A program made the translations under genes and the position numbers. Positions 1-10,287 of a DNA stretch of 64,000 nt are shown here, piece after piece. This DNA comes from an archaeon GW2011_AR15 (lineage in GTDB: Archaea; Nanobdellota; Nanobdellia; Woesearchaeales; GW2011-AR15). A model generated the notes under the pieces. The model was not told the DNA's origin, searched no databases, and was given only the letters and a program-made list of their open reading frames with translations. The DNA is taken from positions 416,001 through 480,000 of the forward strand of contig CP010425.1 of NCBI GenBank assembly GCA_000830295.1, given 5' to 3'. Numbering within the stretch: position 1 is the stretch's first letter; every line of letters begins with the position of its first letter.

Positions 1-1195
1 ACGGGTACATCAGGAGAAATACGAGTGTCGTCAGCTTTCCATACCTGAAGACTTTCTCATTTACCATCCTGTGCGAAAGTATAAATGTTATCGCTCCCAA
101 AAACAACATGAGGGCTGCAATGAGGAGCTTTGTGTAATCCCCGTCAAGTATATTAAATCCAAGGTTCAGGTTTGAAACTACTGTTGGCAGGTCGAAATTT
201 ATGGCATATATCCTGAAAATAGCATCATATGCTTTTTCAAGGAAATAATAAGTGTATATTGAAAACATGATGACTGCCAGGAACCCCGGCACTATTATGG
301 TCGGCATCTGTATAAACCCGAAGTCCCCGTATTCCCTGTTGAACCACATCTTCCTGTAATCCTTGCTTACTGAGTTGAATATTGAACCCTTATACCACCT
401 GTTTCTCTGCTTGTAAAGGTCCTTCAGGCCTTCGGGGGCAATTGTCCGGACTTCTGCATCTGTTGTCTGGATTACCCTGTAATGGTGCTTATGGAGCTTC
501 AGAGTTATCTCAAGGTCCTCTGTCAGGTTGGGATGGGAGAACCCGCCAAGCCTCCTCAATATTTCTGTCCTGTAGACTGAAAACGGGCCCGGAGCGACAT
601 GCACACAGTCAAGGTTGCCCATTATCCTTTTGAAGAATATGCTGAGGATATACTCATGCCTCTGGAGCTTCTGCAGGAAATTTTTCGGGGCGGCAACTTT
701 CATCATCGGAAGCACGCAGGCTATGCTGCTGTCCTCCCTGAAATAAGGAAGGAGCTTTTTCAGTGCCTTGGGCTCCGCATATGAATCTGCATCAAGAAGG
801 ACAAAAAAGTCCCCTTTTACTATCTTTAGTGCCCTATTCAGGGCAATGCCCTTGCCCTTCTCCCTGGTGCTTATTATTTTTATGTTTGTTTCCTTATACT
901 CTTTTTTTATTCTTCTGGCTATCTTAACTGTGTCATCGGTGCTGGCATTGACAGCAACTATAATCTCATATTTGTTTCTCGGATAGTCTATGGCTATGGC
1001 ATGCTCCATTGTCGATGCTATTACCTTTTCCTCATTGTGGGCAGGTATGACAAGGCTTACTTTCGGCTCATCTTTCGGCCTTTTTTTCGGAACCCATTTG
1101 TCCCCGTCAAGAAAATAGACAATCAGCCAGAATATATTGAGATACATCAGGAGTATGTAGATTATCCATAATATTGTGTCTGTAACAGTATTCAT
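1..1195 (-). CDS. Glycosyltransferase family 2, processive/cellulose-synthase-like (3' end runs off the window)
   Basis: Manual translation from ATG 1195: N-terminal TM helix, VSLVIPAHNEE, LTEDLE and QRNRW motifs, C-terminal hydrophobic helices. Absent from the ORF track because it is truncated. Confidence 0.85.
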   Translation of the reverse strand, partial: MNTVTDTILWIIYILLMYLNIFWLIVYFLDGDKWVPKKRPKDEPKVSLVIPAHNEEKVIASTMEHAIAIDYPRNKYEIIVAVNASTDDTVKIARRIKKEYKETNIKIISTREKGKGIALNRALKIVKGDFFVLLDADSYAEPKALKKLLPYFREDSSIACVLPMMKVAAPKNFLQKLQRHEYILSIFFKRIMGNLDCVHVAPGPFSVYRTEILRRLGGFSHPNLTEDLEITLKLHKHHYRVIQTTDAEVRTIAPEGLKDLYKQRNRWYKGSIFNSVSKDYRKMWFNREYGDFGFIQMPTIIVPGFLAVIMFSIYTYYFLEKAYDAIFRIYAINFDLPTVVSNLNLGFNILDGDYTKLLIAALMLFLGAITFILSHRMVNEKVFRYGKLTTLVFLLMYP

Positions 1196-1247
1196 GGGGC
1201 TAGTAAATAGGAAAACATATTTAAACCTAATTGCAGAGAATATAAAT

Positions 1248-2615
1248 ATGGATAGCAGGCTCCTGAAATACGGTCTTCCTGTATTGATTGCCCTTTTTAT
1301 TGCGCTGAAGATTCTGGATATTGGCGGAGTTTCATGGGACGATTCTGTATATATGGGTATGGGAAAATACCTGTTCTCTGGCGGAAACACCGGTCTGTGG
1401 GAAACAATAAGGCCCATCGGCCTCCCCAGCCTGCTTGGTTTTTTCTGGGCCCTTGGGGCTGACATGATAGTGGTCTCAAAAATCATATCCTTGCTGTTCA
1501 GCGCCGGCACCATAATAGCCGCTTATCTCCTGGCAAAAAAGATTTTCAATGAAACAGCTGCATTGCTGGCTGCGCTATTGCTCATGATGTCCCCTGTCTT
1601 TTTCAGCAGCTCGTCTGCAGGTCTTACAGAAATCCCTTCTGTGTTCTTTGCCCTGCTTGGAATATATTTTTTCGCTGAAGAGAAAAATTTTGCCGCAGGC
1701 GTGCTGGCAGGGATCTCCTTTATGTTCAGGTTTCCCATGGGGCTGCTGCTTGCTGCCCTGCTTGCATCTTCATATATCAAAAAAAAGAAAATCGACCGGG
1801 CACTCCTGTCCGGATTCTTCCTGGCTGTGCTGCCTTTCCTGATATTCAATTACATGGCATACGGCAACCCCATCACGCCGTTTGCAGATGCCGTCCTCCA
1901 CCAGGACAATCCTGCCTACAGCGTAATCTCAGACTCCCTCGTGTCACACATATACAACCTGTTTTATTATGCCATATGGCTGATACGGCAGAATCTTCTT
2001 CTGCTTTTCCTCATTCCCGGAATTTATCTGGTGGCAAAAAACAGGAAAGCGGATACTGTTATCATATGCTTTGCGCTGTTCATTGTATATTTTACTTTTA
2101 TAATAAACAAGCAGCCAAGGTTCATGCTCTCCTTCCTCCCTTTCGCATGCATCATTGCGGCATTCGGGATGGTTAAACTCTATCCTGCAATGAAAAAAAG
2201 AGTGAGGCATGCCGGAATAAGTCTGGTTTTGATATCGCTGATTCCTGCCCTGCTCATGCCCGGAGAATTCGGGCCAAACGGCCAGGAGGGCACATCTCTT
2301 GAATTTTACACTTATTTCAGAAAACATGGGACAAATCTCAGCATCCTAGCGACAACACCAATCCCGATAGCATATTCAGATGTGAAACTGGTGCATTTCT
2401 ACAACAATGTCGATGAAGCAACAGAAATCTATGAAAAGGAAAAAAATAATGTGGGCTATATCATGTACACCTCTGAATTCTATCCCTGCCCTGATGACAT
2501 ATGCAGAGGAAAAAAGCAAGAGCTGTTTGAGTCAATAAGCAGCCAGAATGAGCTTATCTATTATAAGGAAGGGAAACAGGGATATTATATTTTCAGGACT
2601 TATACCCCCGGATGA
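1248..2615 (+). CDS. GT-C fold membrane glycosyltransferase (ArnT/PMT-like, GT39/83)
   Basis: Multi-TM protein with WDDSVY loop, RPIGLP, TEIPS and KQPRFML motifs; ATG 1248 preferred as start. Confidence 0.8.
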   Translation: MDSRLLKYGLPVLIALFIALKILDIGGVSWDDSVYMGMGKYLFSGGNTGLWETIRPIGLPSLLGFFWALGADMIVVSKIISLLFSAGTIIAAYLLAKKIFNETAALLAALLLMMSPVFFSSSSAGLTEIPSVFFALLGIYFFAEEKNFAAGVLAGISFMFRFPMGLLLAALLASSYIKKKKIDRALLSGFFLAVLPFLIFNYMAYGNPITPFADAVLHQDNPAYSVISDSLVSHIYNLFYYAIWLIRQNLLLLFLIPGIYLVAKNRKADTVIICFALFIVYFTFIINKQPRFMLSFLPFACIIAAFGMVKLYPAMKKRVRHAGISLVLISLIPALLMPGEFGPNGQEGTSLEFYTYFRKHGTNLSILATTPIPIAYSDVKLVHFYNNVDEATEIYEKEKNNVGYIMYTSEFYPCPDDICRGKKQELFESISSQNELIYYKEGKQGYYIFRTYTPG

Positions 2616-3537
2616 ATTTCTTCAGGCCTTCCTCAATCGTAGTCTGAGGGACATACCCAAGAATTTTCCCTGCTTTGCTTATATCTGCGTGCGTCGCCAC
2701 CACGTCTCCCTTGGGCATCTGCTTTTTTGCTATTTTTGCTTTTTTTGAAAGTTGTTTTTCAATCAGGCTGATGAATTTCTTCAGTTCAACCGGGTTTCCG
2801 TTGCCAAGGTTGATTATTTCAAATTTTCTGCTTTTTTCAACTGAAAGAAGAATGCCCCGGACAACATCATCAACATAAGTGTAGTCTCTCTTTGAATTTC
2901 CATCTCCATACATATTCACAGGGTGGCCTTTGTCTATTGCCTCGGTAAATCTGTAGGGTGCCATGTCCGGCCTTCCTCTTGGCCCGTAGACTGTGAAGAA
3001 CCTGAGGCAGGTTATATTCAGGCCGTATGTTTCGCTGTAAAATTTGCACAGCATCTCCCCTGTTTTTTTGGTGATTGCATACGGGCTCTCCTGGCTCTCT
3101 GTGATGTCTGCCTCTGAAAAAGGCATTTTTTTGTTTGCGCCGTAGACGCTGGATGAGGAGCTGAATATGAATGTCTTTACGCCGTGCTTTCTTGCAAGCT
3201 CAAGAAGGTTTATTGTCCCGAGGATGTTAACTTCTGCGTAAAGCAGCGGATTGTCAAGAGACGGCCTCGCGGCTGCCCTGGCAGCAAGGTGGACTATTGC
3301 ACTTATGTCTTTGTTTTCCCCGAAAACTTTTTCCAGTGATTTTCCGTCTGTTATGTCTGTTTCAGCCAGGATGAAATTTTTACTGGCTAAATTGCGCTCT
3401 ATGTTCTTCCTTTTTTTTTCTGGCGGGTAATAATCATTGAAGTTGTCAAGGCATATGACTCTCTCGTTCTTCTTCAGAAGGGCATCACATGTGTGGCTGC
3501 CTATAAATCCTGCTCCGCCGGTAACAAGTATTGCCAT
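2593..3537 (-). CDS. NAD-dependent epimerase/dehydratase (UDP-glucuronate 4-epimerase-like)
   Basis: TGGAGFIG, SSSSVYG, YAITK and RFFTVYGPRGRPDMA motifs. Confidence 0.9.
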   Translation of the reverse strand: MAILVTGGAGFIGSHTCDALLKKNERVICLDNFNDYYPPEKKRKNIERNLASKNFILAETDITDGKSLEKVFGENKDISAIVHLAARAAARPSLDNPLLYAEVNILGTINLLELARKHGVKTFIFSSSSSVYGANKKMPFSEADITESQESPYAITKKTGEMLCKFYSETYGLNITCLRFFTVYGPRGRPDMAPYRFTEAIDKGHPVNMYGDGNSKRDYTYVDDVVRGILLSVEKSRKFEIINLGNGNPVELKKFISLIEKQLSKKAKIAKKQMPKGDVVATHADISKAGKILGYVPQTTIEEGLKKFIRGYKS

Positions 3538-3538
3538 T

Positions 3539-3880
3539 TTACCTTACAACAAGGAAGCATCCTGCTATTATAAGCATTATGCCGAGCCACTTCATGCCGG
3601 TCATCTTTTCTTTCAGATACTTTACAGAAAGCAAGGATACAAAAATGTAAGTTATGGTACTTAAAGGATAAATAACAGATAGATCGCTGAACCTGAGTGC
3701 AAATATGTAAAGAAGCATGGAAAGCCCGAACAGGAACATGCCGAATGCTGCCGGCATGCTTTTCTTTATTTTCCTGGGGTCGAGGGAAAAGTCGAGAGAG
3801 CCTTTTTTCATGAATATTGAGCCGTATGCTGCAAGTATCTCTGCAGGTATCAGGGCAAGAATTGAGTATATGCTTATCAT
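3539..3880 (-). CDS. Small DMT/EamA-SMR membrane protein (ArnE/ArnF-like)
   Basis: 113 aa, 4 TM helices, DLSVIYPL...LKEK..KWLGI pattern. Confidence 0.75.
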   Translation of the reverse strand: MISIYSILALIPAEILAAYGSIFMKKGSLDFSLDPRKIKKSMPAAFGMFLFGLSMLLYIFALRFSDLSVIYPLSTITYIFVSLLSVKYLKEKMTGMKWLGIMLIIAGCFLVVR

Positions 3881-4239
3881 TTTCTGCTCTCCTTTGCCGC
3901 CCTATGCTTCCTTGTTATGAAAATAACTCCTGTAAGTATCAGCGCATTCCCCGCAATCCTGGCAGGAGTGATGCTTTCATTGAGCAGGAAATAGCTTATC
4001 AAGGTAACCCAGACCAGCGAGAGTGATATCATCGGGTATATCATGTTGAGCTCGCCGTGCCTCAGTGCAAATATCAGCACGACTGCTCCTCCGGCATAAA
4101 GCACAATCCCTATCAGAAGGCTGATGTTGATTATGCCTGCTATCGGTATCTGGCCTGTGCCGTCCTTCAGGAAAAACTGGCCGGCTGCTGTGAAGAAAGT
4201 GGTCAGGAGTGCCAGCAGAATGCCTTTGTGATGTTTCAT
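3877..4239 (-). CDS. Small DMT/EamA-SMR membrane protein (ArnE/ArnF-like), paralog of its neighbour
   Basis: 120 aa, 4 TM helices, GQFFLK and GELNMIYP...LNESIT pattern. Confidence 0.75.
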   Translation of the reverse strand: MKHHKGILLALLTTFFTAAGQFFLKDGTGQIPIAGIINISLLIGIVLYAGGAVVLIFALRHGELNMIYPMISLSLVWVTLISYFLLNESITPARIAGNALILTGVIFITRKHRAAKESRK

Positions 4240-4240
4240 T

Positions 4241-7027
4241 TTACCAGCTGATCTTCCATGTTATAATCCTCTGGCCTGATATGTCAGTAACATCATGGAA
4301 TTTCCTGAAATGCGTGAGTCCCTGGCCGTCGAGGTAGAACATCCTTGTGAACATGCTGCCTACAAGCTCGTCTTCCATTACCAGCAGGGAGCTTTCTCCC
4401 ACAAGCACGATGCTGTAAGCCATAGTCTCTCCGCTGTATTCTTTTATCCTGAACTGCCCGTTTTCAACATAGCCGAATCTCTTCGGGTGTATTGTCTGGG
4501 TGCTTGTCACTATTGATGCGTCTTTTGATGCGAGGTTTACAGTGAGAGGAAGCACTCCCCCGTCTGTCGTCTGGAGGTTGCATCTCAGTGTGCTCTCATC
4601 CTGCTTTGCACACCCTATCTGGCCGCCGTAGCTTGGCCACGGAGCTATCCAGCTGTTTATCTGGCTGTCAGTGCTGAGCGAGCTTATCTCGTAATAAATT
4701 GACTGTGCTTCCTGCTCTGTATAGCCGAATTCCTGGACCAGTGCTGCTGTGAAATTGGGAAGTTTTTCTGTCTGAAAATAACTGTATATTTTTGCCCTTT
4801 CAAAATTCCAGCTGCCGAAATGCGCCCATACCGGTGCCTTGCCTACCATGTCCTCGCTTGTTATGAAATAATCCTCAGGAGGCTGGCAGAACATGTATGA
4901 CAGTATCTCATCTGCCTTTTCTTCAGAAGCTGTTTTCATCAGGTCTGCCTTTACAGCTGCACTGTCCATCTTCAGGTATCTGTAAATCAGATTCACGGAA
5001 TCATATGTGTCACCGGTGAGCTTTGTTATTTCCTGTTCTGCTTTTGCTCCGCCGCAGTCAAGCATCCTCAGGATTCCAACTGAAAGCTGCTCGTCATCTG
5101 TCAGCAGGGCATTGCCCACCCAGTGCGCCTGCTGCTCGTTCTGCGATGCACCGTCGCTTGTGACCCGCCTGTCTGCAAAATACTTGAACCAGTGGCCGAA
5201 ATCCCACCACGAATTTATAATCGCATCAGGCTGGGACTCTGCTTTTATTTTTTCAAGGGATTCAACCCATGCGTCATTGACTCCGGGGGCGTATGAATAT
5301 GATACGGCTATGCCGTTTTTTACGGGCTGTATCAATACCAATGCTATCAGAAGAATGAAGACTGCCTTCGGGATTGTCTCCGACATATCAAGGGATTTGC
5401 CCAGCATTGATGACATCTTCTCTGCTGCTGTGCCGAAAAAGACGCCGAATGATACTGCAAATACAGGCGCTATCAGCACGATAAACCTGACTCCCTTTGT
5501 TATTGCATATAACGTTGCCATCAGCCAGATAATTGTCAATATGGAATGTGCAGGCTCAAGCTCGTACTTGTAATACCATGAGAGTATAAAGCCTGCAAGC
5601 ATGGGAACCACAAGCAGCGCCGCAAACATTATGGTGCTGATGCCTCCTGAGCTTGCGCTTCCTACGATAATCATGAAATAAAGGGCCGCTCCTGCAAGAT
5701 ATGCCGCTGTCAGCATTGAATGGTTTTTATTTTTGAGGTTGACAAAGGACAGTGTTGCGCCCATCAGCGCAAGTATGAAAAACAATGCTCCTCCGAGGCT
5801 GACGATTGCCTGCCCGACATCTGCGGAATTAAGCTCTGCAACTGTTGTATATACGTTCGGCCAGAGGCTCCCTCCTTTTGCAGCATCCTTGAGATTGACT
5901 ATCCTCAGCGGGTTTGTGAACGATTGGATGAATTCCCCTGCATTGCCAAAGACAGCAAGAGAGATAAATGTCACAACTATATAAACCCCGAGAAGCATGA
6001 GCATCCTGCGGATGTTTTTGTTTGAGGCTATCTCCTTGATGTCTCTCTTCTTATCTATAAACTCGTATACTGCGATATATCCGATATATATTCCAAGTGC
6101 AAGTATTATGAAAAGGAACATGAACCACCAGCCTGACCATGCAAAGCTGTAGGCCCCGAGGAGCAATCCTGCAACAGCTGAAAATATCATTGTTTTTTTC
6201 TGGTCTTTCGAGTCAAAAGCATATACTGCAAAGAGCATTACCAGCAGCGGAAAAACCGCATTCACCATGTCATTGTCAGAGCCGAGAGACCTGCTCAGCA
6301 CTGTCGGATTGACTGCTATCAGCAGCGCTGCGATGAGGCCTGCAATGTCCCCCGAAAGCTTTTTTCCGACCAGGAATGCTGCAATTATGGCTATAAATGA
6401 GAGGAAAATAGGAGTATAGAATCCTGCCTTGAGCAGGTTCATGCCTGGGTCAAATATTCTCATGAACTTATATATGAATGCTTCAAGGTAAGGGTAAAGG
6501 TTCTGGGTTGCGGGAAGGCCGTTGGGCGCATTCATGTGGTTGTCATATGCAACTCCGTCCCTGTACTCATCTGCCAGCTGGCCTGTGTCAACTATGTTCC
6601 TTGCATACCTGAGCCAGAAATAAGAATCAATATCCCCCAGATATGTTGTGCCTGAATCATCCCTGTATAATGCCCTTATCTGCTCTGCATGGCCGGCTAT
6701 CAGCGCCTCTATCTGCGACTGCTGCTGGGAAACCACTGTCTGCAGCTGCTCATTTATCATGGCTTCCTTGCTCTGCTGCGGCAGATTCGGATATTGCGTG
6801 TCAACCTGTGCCTGGATGTTCCTTGCTATGTTATTATATATGCTCTGCCTGGCCTGGTCTTCTGCCATCGGCAAATGATAGGGCATCATCCTTATGTAGG
6901 CTGAAAAAAGCATTATTAAAAGCAGAAGGGCATACACCCCGTATTTTTTTGCTGAGCTGCCTGAAAATATCTTCTTAAGTGACGAGAAGTCAATAGCCAT
7001 GTCTGAATCTTCTTTATCTTTAGCCAA
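4241..7027 (-). CDS. aglB: Oligosaccharyltransferase AglB (STT3)
   Basis: DIDSY, DND, TVAE and WWDFG motifs; multi-TM N-terminal domain plus soluble C-terminal domain. Confidence 0.95.
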   Translation of the reverse strand: MAKDKEDSDMAIDFSSLKKIFSGSSAKKYGVYALLLLIMLFSAYIRMMPYHLPMAEDQARQSIYNNIARNIQAQVDTQYPNLPQQSKEAMINEQLQTVVSQQQSQIEALIAGHAEQIRALYRDDSGTTYLGDIDSYFWLRYARNIVDTGQLADEYRDGVAYDNHMNAPNGLPATQNLYPYLEAFIYKFMRIFDPGMNLLKAGFYTPIFLSFIAIIAAFLVGKKLSGDIAGLIAALLIAVNPTVLSRSLGSDNDMVNAVFPLLVMLFAVYAFDSKDQKKTMIFSAVAGLLLGAYSFAWSGWWFMFLFIILALGIYIGYIAVYEFIDKKRDIKEIASNKNIRRMLMLLGVYIVVTFISLAVFGNAGEFIQSFTNPLRIVNLKDAAKGGSLWPNVYTTVAELNSADVGQAIVSLGGALFFILALMGATLSFVNLKNKNHSMLTAAYLAGAALYFMIIVGSASSGGISTIMFAALLVVPMLAGFILSWYYKYELEPAHSILTIIWLMATLYAITKGVRFIVLIAPVFAVSFGVFFGTAAEKMSSMLGKSLDMSETIPKAVFILLIALVLIQPVKNGIAVSYSYAPGVNDAWVESLEKIKAESQPDAIINSWWDFGHWFKYFADRRVTSDGASQNEQQAHWVGNALLTDDEQLSVGILRMLDCGGAKAEQEITKLTGDTYDSVNLIYRYLKMDSAAVKADLMKTASEEKADEILSYMFCQPPEDYFITSEDMVGKAPVWAHFGSWNFERAKIYSYFQTEKLPNFTAALVQEFGYTEQEAQSIYYEISSLSTDSQINSWIAPWPSYGGQIGCAKQDESTLRCNLQTTDGGVLPLTVNLASKDASIVTSTQTIHPKRFGYVENGQFRIKEYSGETMAYSIVLVGESSLLVMEDELVGSMFTRMFYLDGQGLTHFRKFHDVTDISGQRIITWKISW

Positions 7028-7084
7028 ACTTTTCCCCCAGAAACCGTAAGAAGTGCATCCTATATAAAGATTATGGATTATTGC

Positions 7085-8515
7085 TTATTTGCCCATGAAT
7101 TTCCTGACAGCTGGGTTGAGGTCGTACATGTGCTCCCTTGCAATATCTTCATAGAGCTTGTATATAATCATCACAGTAAGAAGTATACCTGTTCCCCTTG
7201 ACAGTGCTCCCATCAAATCTGCTGTTGCTGCCAAAAACCCGACAACAATCCCGCCCATCACTGTAAGCGGCATTATGTATCTTGAAAGAATCCTCTCGAG
7301 TATTCTCTTGTCTTTCCTGAAACCGGGTATCTGCAGGCCTGAGGACATCATCTGCCCGGCAAGGCTCCCTGCATCCTGGCCGGATGTCTGGACCCAGAAT
7401 ACTGAGAACAAGACAGCGCCCCCTACCATAAGCAGGATGTAAATCAGCGAGTTGAGCAGTGTAGGCCATATTATTGCCCACTGGCCCCCGCTCTGTATCA
7501 GTGTCTGCACAAGGTTGGGGCCGCTGAGGACTGCCATCAGCCCGACAGGGACATTGCCCTGAACAAATCCCCCCAGGACAGGCAGCGGGTTTCCTCCTGT
7601 CCAGTTCTGCAAAAGCCTTACCCACAGCTGCATTGTTGCGAATAATGATGCGACCAGGATGACCGGCATGTTGCTTGTGTATATGAACTGCAGAGGCCAC
7701 CTTATGCCGTGCCCCCTTATCCTGCCGAATGACAGCGGGATCTCAACCTTCATTGCCTGCGCATATATTGCTATTGCAAATACAAGAAGGGTTGCTCCTA
7801 TTGTTATCAGGCCGAGCATTGCGCCCTGTCCGTCTCCTGATGTCAGGGAGGATATTGTTCCCCATAAGGTTCCTACAATAGGCCCCTGGTAAGCAGGCTC
7901 CCAGATAAGGTTGCCTGTCGTATCTGTAAATGAAAACAATCTTATGAATATCTGCTTGCTGATTCCTGCGGCGATAAATAATGAGATGCCGGAGCCGAAT
8001 CCCCACTTGCTTACAATCTCATCCATGAAAAGCACGATAAGCCCGCCCAGAGTCAGCTGGAACACCAGAAGGAATTTCATCTGGGTCATTATCCCTGCTG
8101 CCATTGCCGGCGGGGCGATTCCTCCCATGAAAACATAGATGAATGCCTCAAATACTATGAAAAACATCGATACCAGCTTCTGCACTCCCTGGTAATGCTG
8201 CTTCCCCTCATGGGTTGTCAGGTCAAACTTCAGTATTCCTGCGCCGTTAAGAAGCTGGAGTATGATGGATCCTGTAACAATAGGCCCGATTCCCAGCGAA
8301 AGCAGGGAGCCGAACTCTGCCCCAAGAATGATTGAAAGGTATTCAAACTGCGCAAGGGTATTCTGGCCCAGAGGCCATAACGGGATCATTCCGAGCACAA
8401 AGAATAGTACAAGGACAATCAGCGTCCACTTGAGTTTTTCATTGAAAGAAAGCCTTTTTTGTTTCGGAGATGCAACTTCTGGAAGGTTCAGTATTATGTT
8501 GTCTAAGACCCCCAT
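7085..8515 (-). CDS. secY: Protein translocase SecY
   Basis: LGIGPIVT, KWGFGSGISLFI, YTSNMP, GTGILL motifs; follows rpl15. Confidence 0.98.
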   Translation of the reverse strand: MGVLDNIILNLPEVASPKQKRLSFNEKLKWTLIVLVLFFVLGMIPLWPLGQNTLAQFEYLSIILGAEFGSLLSLGIGPIVTGSIILQLLNGAGILKFDLTTHEGKQHYQGVQKLVSMFFIVFEAFIYVFMGGIAPPAMAAGIMTQMKFLLVFQLTLGGLIVLFMDEIVSKWGFGSGISLFIAAGISKQIFIRLFSFTDTTGNLIWEPAYQGPIVGTLWGTISSLTSGDGQGAMLGLITIGATLLVFAIAIYAQAMKVEIPLSFGRIRGHGIRWPLQFIYTSNMPVILVASLFATMQLWVRLLQNWTGGNPLPVLGGFVQGNVPVGLMAVLSGPNLVQTLIQSGGQWAIIWPTLLNSLIYILLMVGGAVLFSVFWVQTSGQDAGSLAGQMMSSGLQIPGFRKDKRILERILSRYIMPLTVMGGIVVGFLAATADLMGALSRGTGILLTVMIIYKLYEDIAREHMYDLNPAVRKFMGK

Positions 8516-8517
8516 TT

Positions 8518-8991
8518 TTACTCTTTGTCTGCCTTTTCAGGCTCTTCAGATGATGCTAAAAGCGTGACCTTTCCTCCGGCTTCCTCAACCCTTGCAACTG
8601 CATTTTCTGTTGCAGAGTCGACGGTTATGTGAAATTTAAGGCTGACATCCCCTTTTGAGAGCAGCTTCCTGTAGCCGAGCTTTGAAAGGTCTATTTCATA
8701 GGCATCCTTATTCTTTGATGCCTCCCCTCTTTTTACAAATGATTCAATCTCTGTCTGGAGTATGCTAAGGTTCATTGCCTTTATATGCTTTTTCAGCGAT
8801 GTAAACCCGTGCTTTCCCAGGACCTTCTCTCCCTTGGTAACCTTCATTATCTTGAAGTCTCCCCTTTTTCCTGATCCGGACTTTCCCCTTCCGCCCCTGT
8901 GGCCTGCGCCCCTGTTCTTTTTCTTGTGGCCGTGGCCTCCTGTTGGCTTGGCTGCCCTTATCCTGGATCTCTTGGTTCTTTTTGTCTGCAT
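8518..8991 (-). CDS. rpl15: 50S ribosomal protein uL15
   Basis: KKNRGAGHRGGRG, GKHGF, KLLSKG; operon position. Confidence 0.95.
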   Translation of the reverse strand: MQTKRTKRSRIRAAKPTGGHGHKKKNRGAGHRGGRGKSGSGKRGDFKIMKVTKGEKVLGKHGFTSLKKHIKAMNLSILQTEIESFVKRGEASKNKDAYEIDLSKLGYRKLLSKGDVSLKFHITVDSATENAVARVEEAGGKVTLLASSEEPEKADKE

Positions 8992-8992
8992 G

Positions 8993-9490
8993 CTACATCA
9001 TTCTCTTTATCAGGTCATTTATCTTGGCTGCCCTGTAGCCAAGCGCCCCGTTCTTTGAGAAGGACATCTTGACTCCGTTGTTCCCGTATCCTTTCCTGGG
9101 AGGAGACAGCCTGAAATATTTCCTGTATTTTTTCTTGTTATGCGTAAAATACCTTCTGTACTGTATCTTCTTCTTTGAATCCTCTGTCCTTTCAGTGAAT
9201 TCTTCCCCTCTTTTCTCTATCATTTCCTGGTGCACTTCATCTGATATCTCCCCCCATGTGACATAATCCTTCGCCCTCCTTATCATGCCGAGGTTTGAAG
9301 GCGTTGCATCTATCACAACGCACCAGTTCTTGTTGTAGAGGTTGAGCATTTTCAGTGTCTTCTGGGCATCCGGGGCCATGCCTATCCCGCCCCTTACCCT
9401 GACTACTGCAATCTTTCCGGAAGCTGGCTTTTCCTCTTTCACAGCCTTTTTCTTTTCTGCCGGCTTTCCTGCTGCTTTTTTCTCATCCAT
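8993..9490 (-). CDS. rpl30: 50S ribosomal protein uL30
   Basis: AVVRVRG, DYVTWGE, FRLSPPRKG. Confidence 0.95.
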   Translation of the reverse strand: MDEKKAAGKPAEKKKAVKEEKPASGKIAVVRVRGGIGMAPDAQKTLKMLNLYNKNWCVVIDATPSNLGMIRRAKDYVTWGEISDEVHQEMIEKRGEEFTERTEDSKKKIQYRRYFTHNKKKYRKYFRLSPPRKGYGNNGVKMSFSKNGALGYRAAKINDLIKRMM

Positions 9491-10286
9491 TCTTCTTTTC
9501 CTCCGGCCTTTCAGAAATGCTCAGTATTTTGTAATGCTTCTCCTGAAGCTTTGTTGTGGTAAGTGTCTTAAGAGCCCTTTCAGCTGCTTTTATAAGGTTC
9601 AGCTTTGAGGTTGTCTGGCCGTTTGTCTGCGACCATACATCCTTTATCCCTGCCAGGTCAAGTATCCTTGCTATTTCCCTGTCGACCTTAAGCCCTGTTC
9701 CCTTGGGAGCAGGCATGAGTATAAGCTCTGCTGAGCCGCACTTCCCTTTTATCTTGAACGGCAGCGAGTGGGCTTCTCCGCATCCGCATTCCCAGCTTCC
9801 GCATCCCCTTCTTATCTTGAAAACATTGAATTTTGCATTCCTTGCTGCCTTTTCCCTTGCAGGCACAGTCTCTTTTGCTTTTCCATATCCAAGGCCTATT
9901 ATCCCTTTTCTGTTTCCCACAACTGCAAGTGTTGCGAACCTTGGCTTGTTTCCCTCTTTTGTCTTTTTCTGCGTCTGCCTGAATACCCTTCTTTTTCCTC
10001 CTCCAAACTTTCCCTTTGCCTGGCCTATCTGGAGAAGGTCTGATTCTATGTCCGGGAGAAGCACGTCAATTATCTCTTTCTCCATTATGACCTCTCCCCG
10101 GTCAAGGATGGTGTAGATGTCCCTCAGCTCACCTGAAGCTACTTTTTTCCCAAGCCCTGTCCTTGGTGTCCATACCAGCTCCTCTACTTTTTTATCTCTT
10201 GCTGTTTTCAGGGTTGCCTCATCCTCAAATTCTGCTATTGCCTCTATCTCTTCCACTTCCTCAGGTTTTGTTATTTTCTTAGCCAT
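9483..10286 (-). CDS. rps5: 30S ribosomal protein uS5
   Basis: WTPRTGLG, RGCGSWEC, PAPKGTGL. Confidence 0.97.
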   Translation of the reverse strand: MAKKITKPEEVEEIEAIAEFEDEATLKTARDKKVEELVWTPRTGLGKKVASGELRDIYTILDRGEVIMEKEIIDVLLPDIESDLLQIGQAKGKFGGGKRRVFRQTQKKTKEGNKPRFATLAVVGNRKGIIGLGYGKAKETVPAREKAARNAKFNVFKIRRGCGSWECGCGEAHSLPFKIKGKCGSAELILMPAPKGTGLKVDREIARILDLAGIKDVWSQTNGQTTSKLNLIKAAERALKTLTTTKLQEKHYKILSISERPEEKKNG

Positions 10287-10287
10287 T

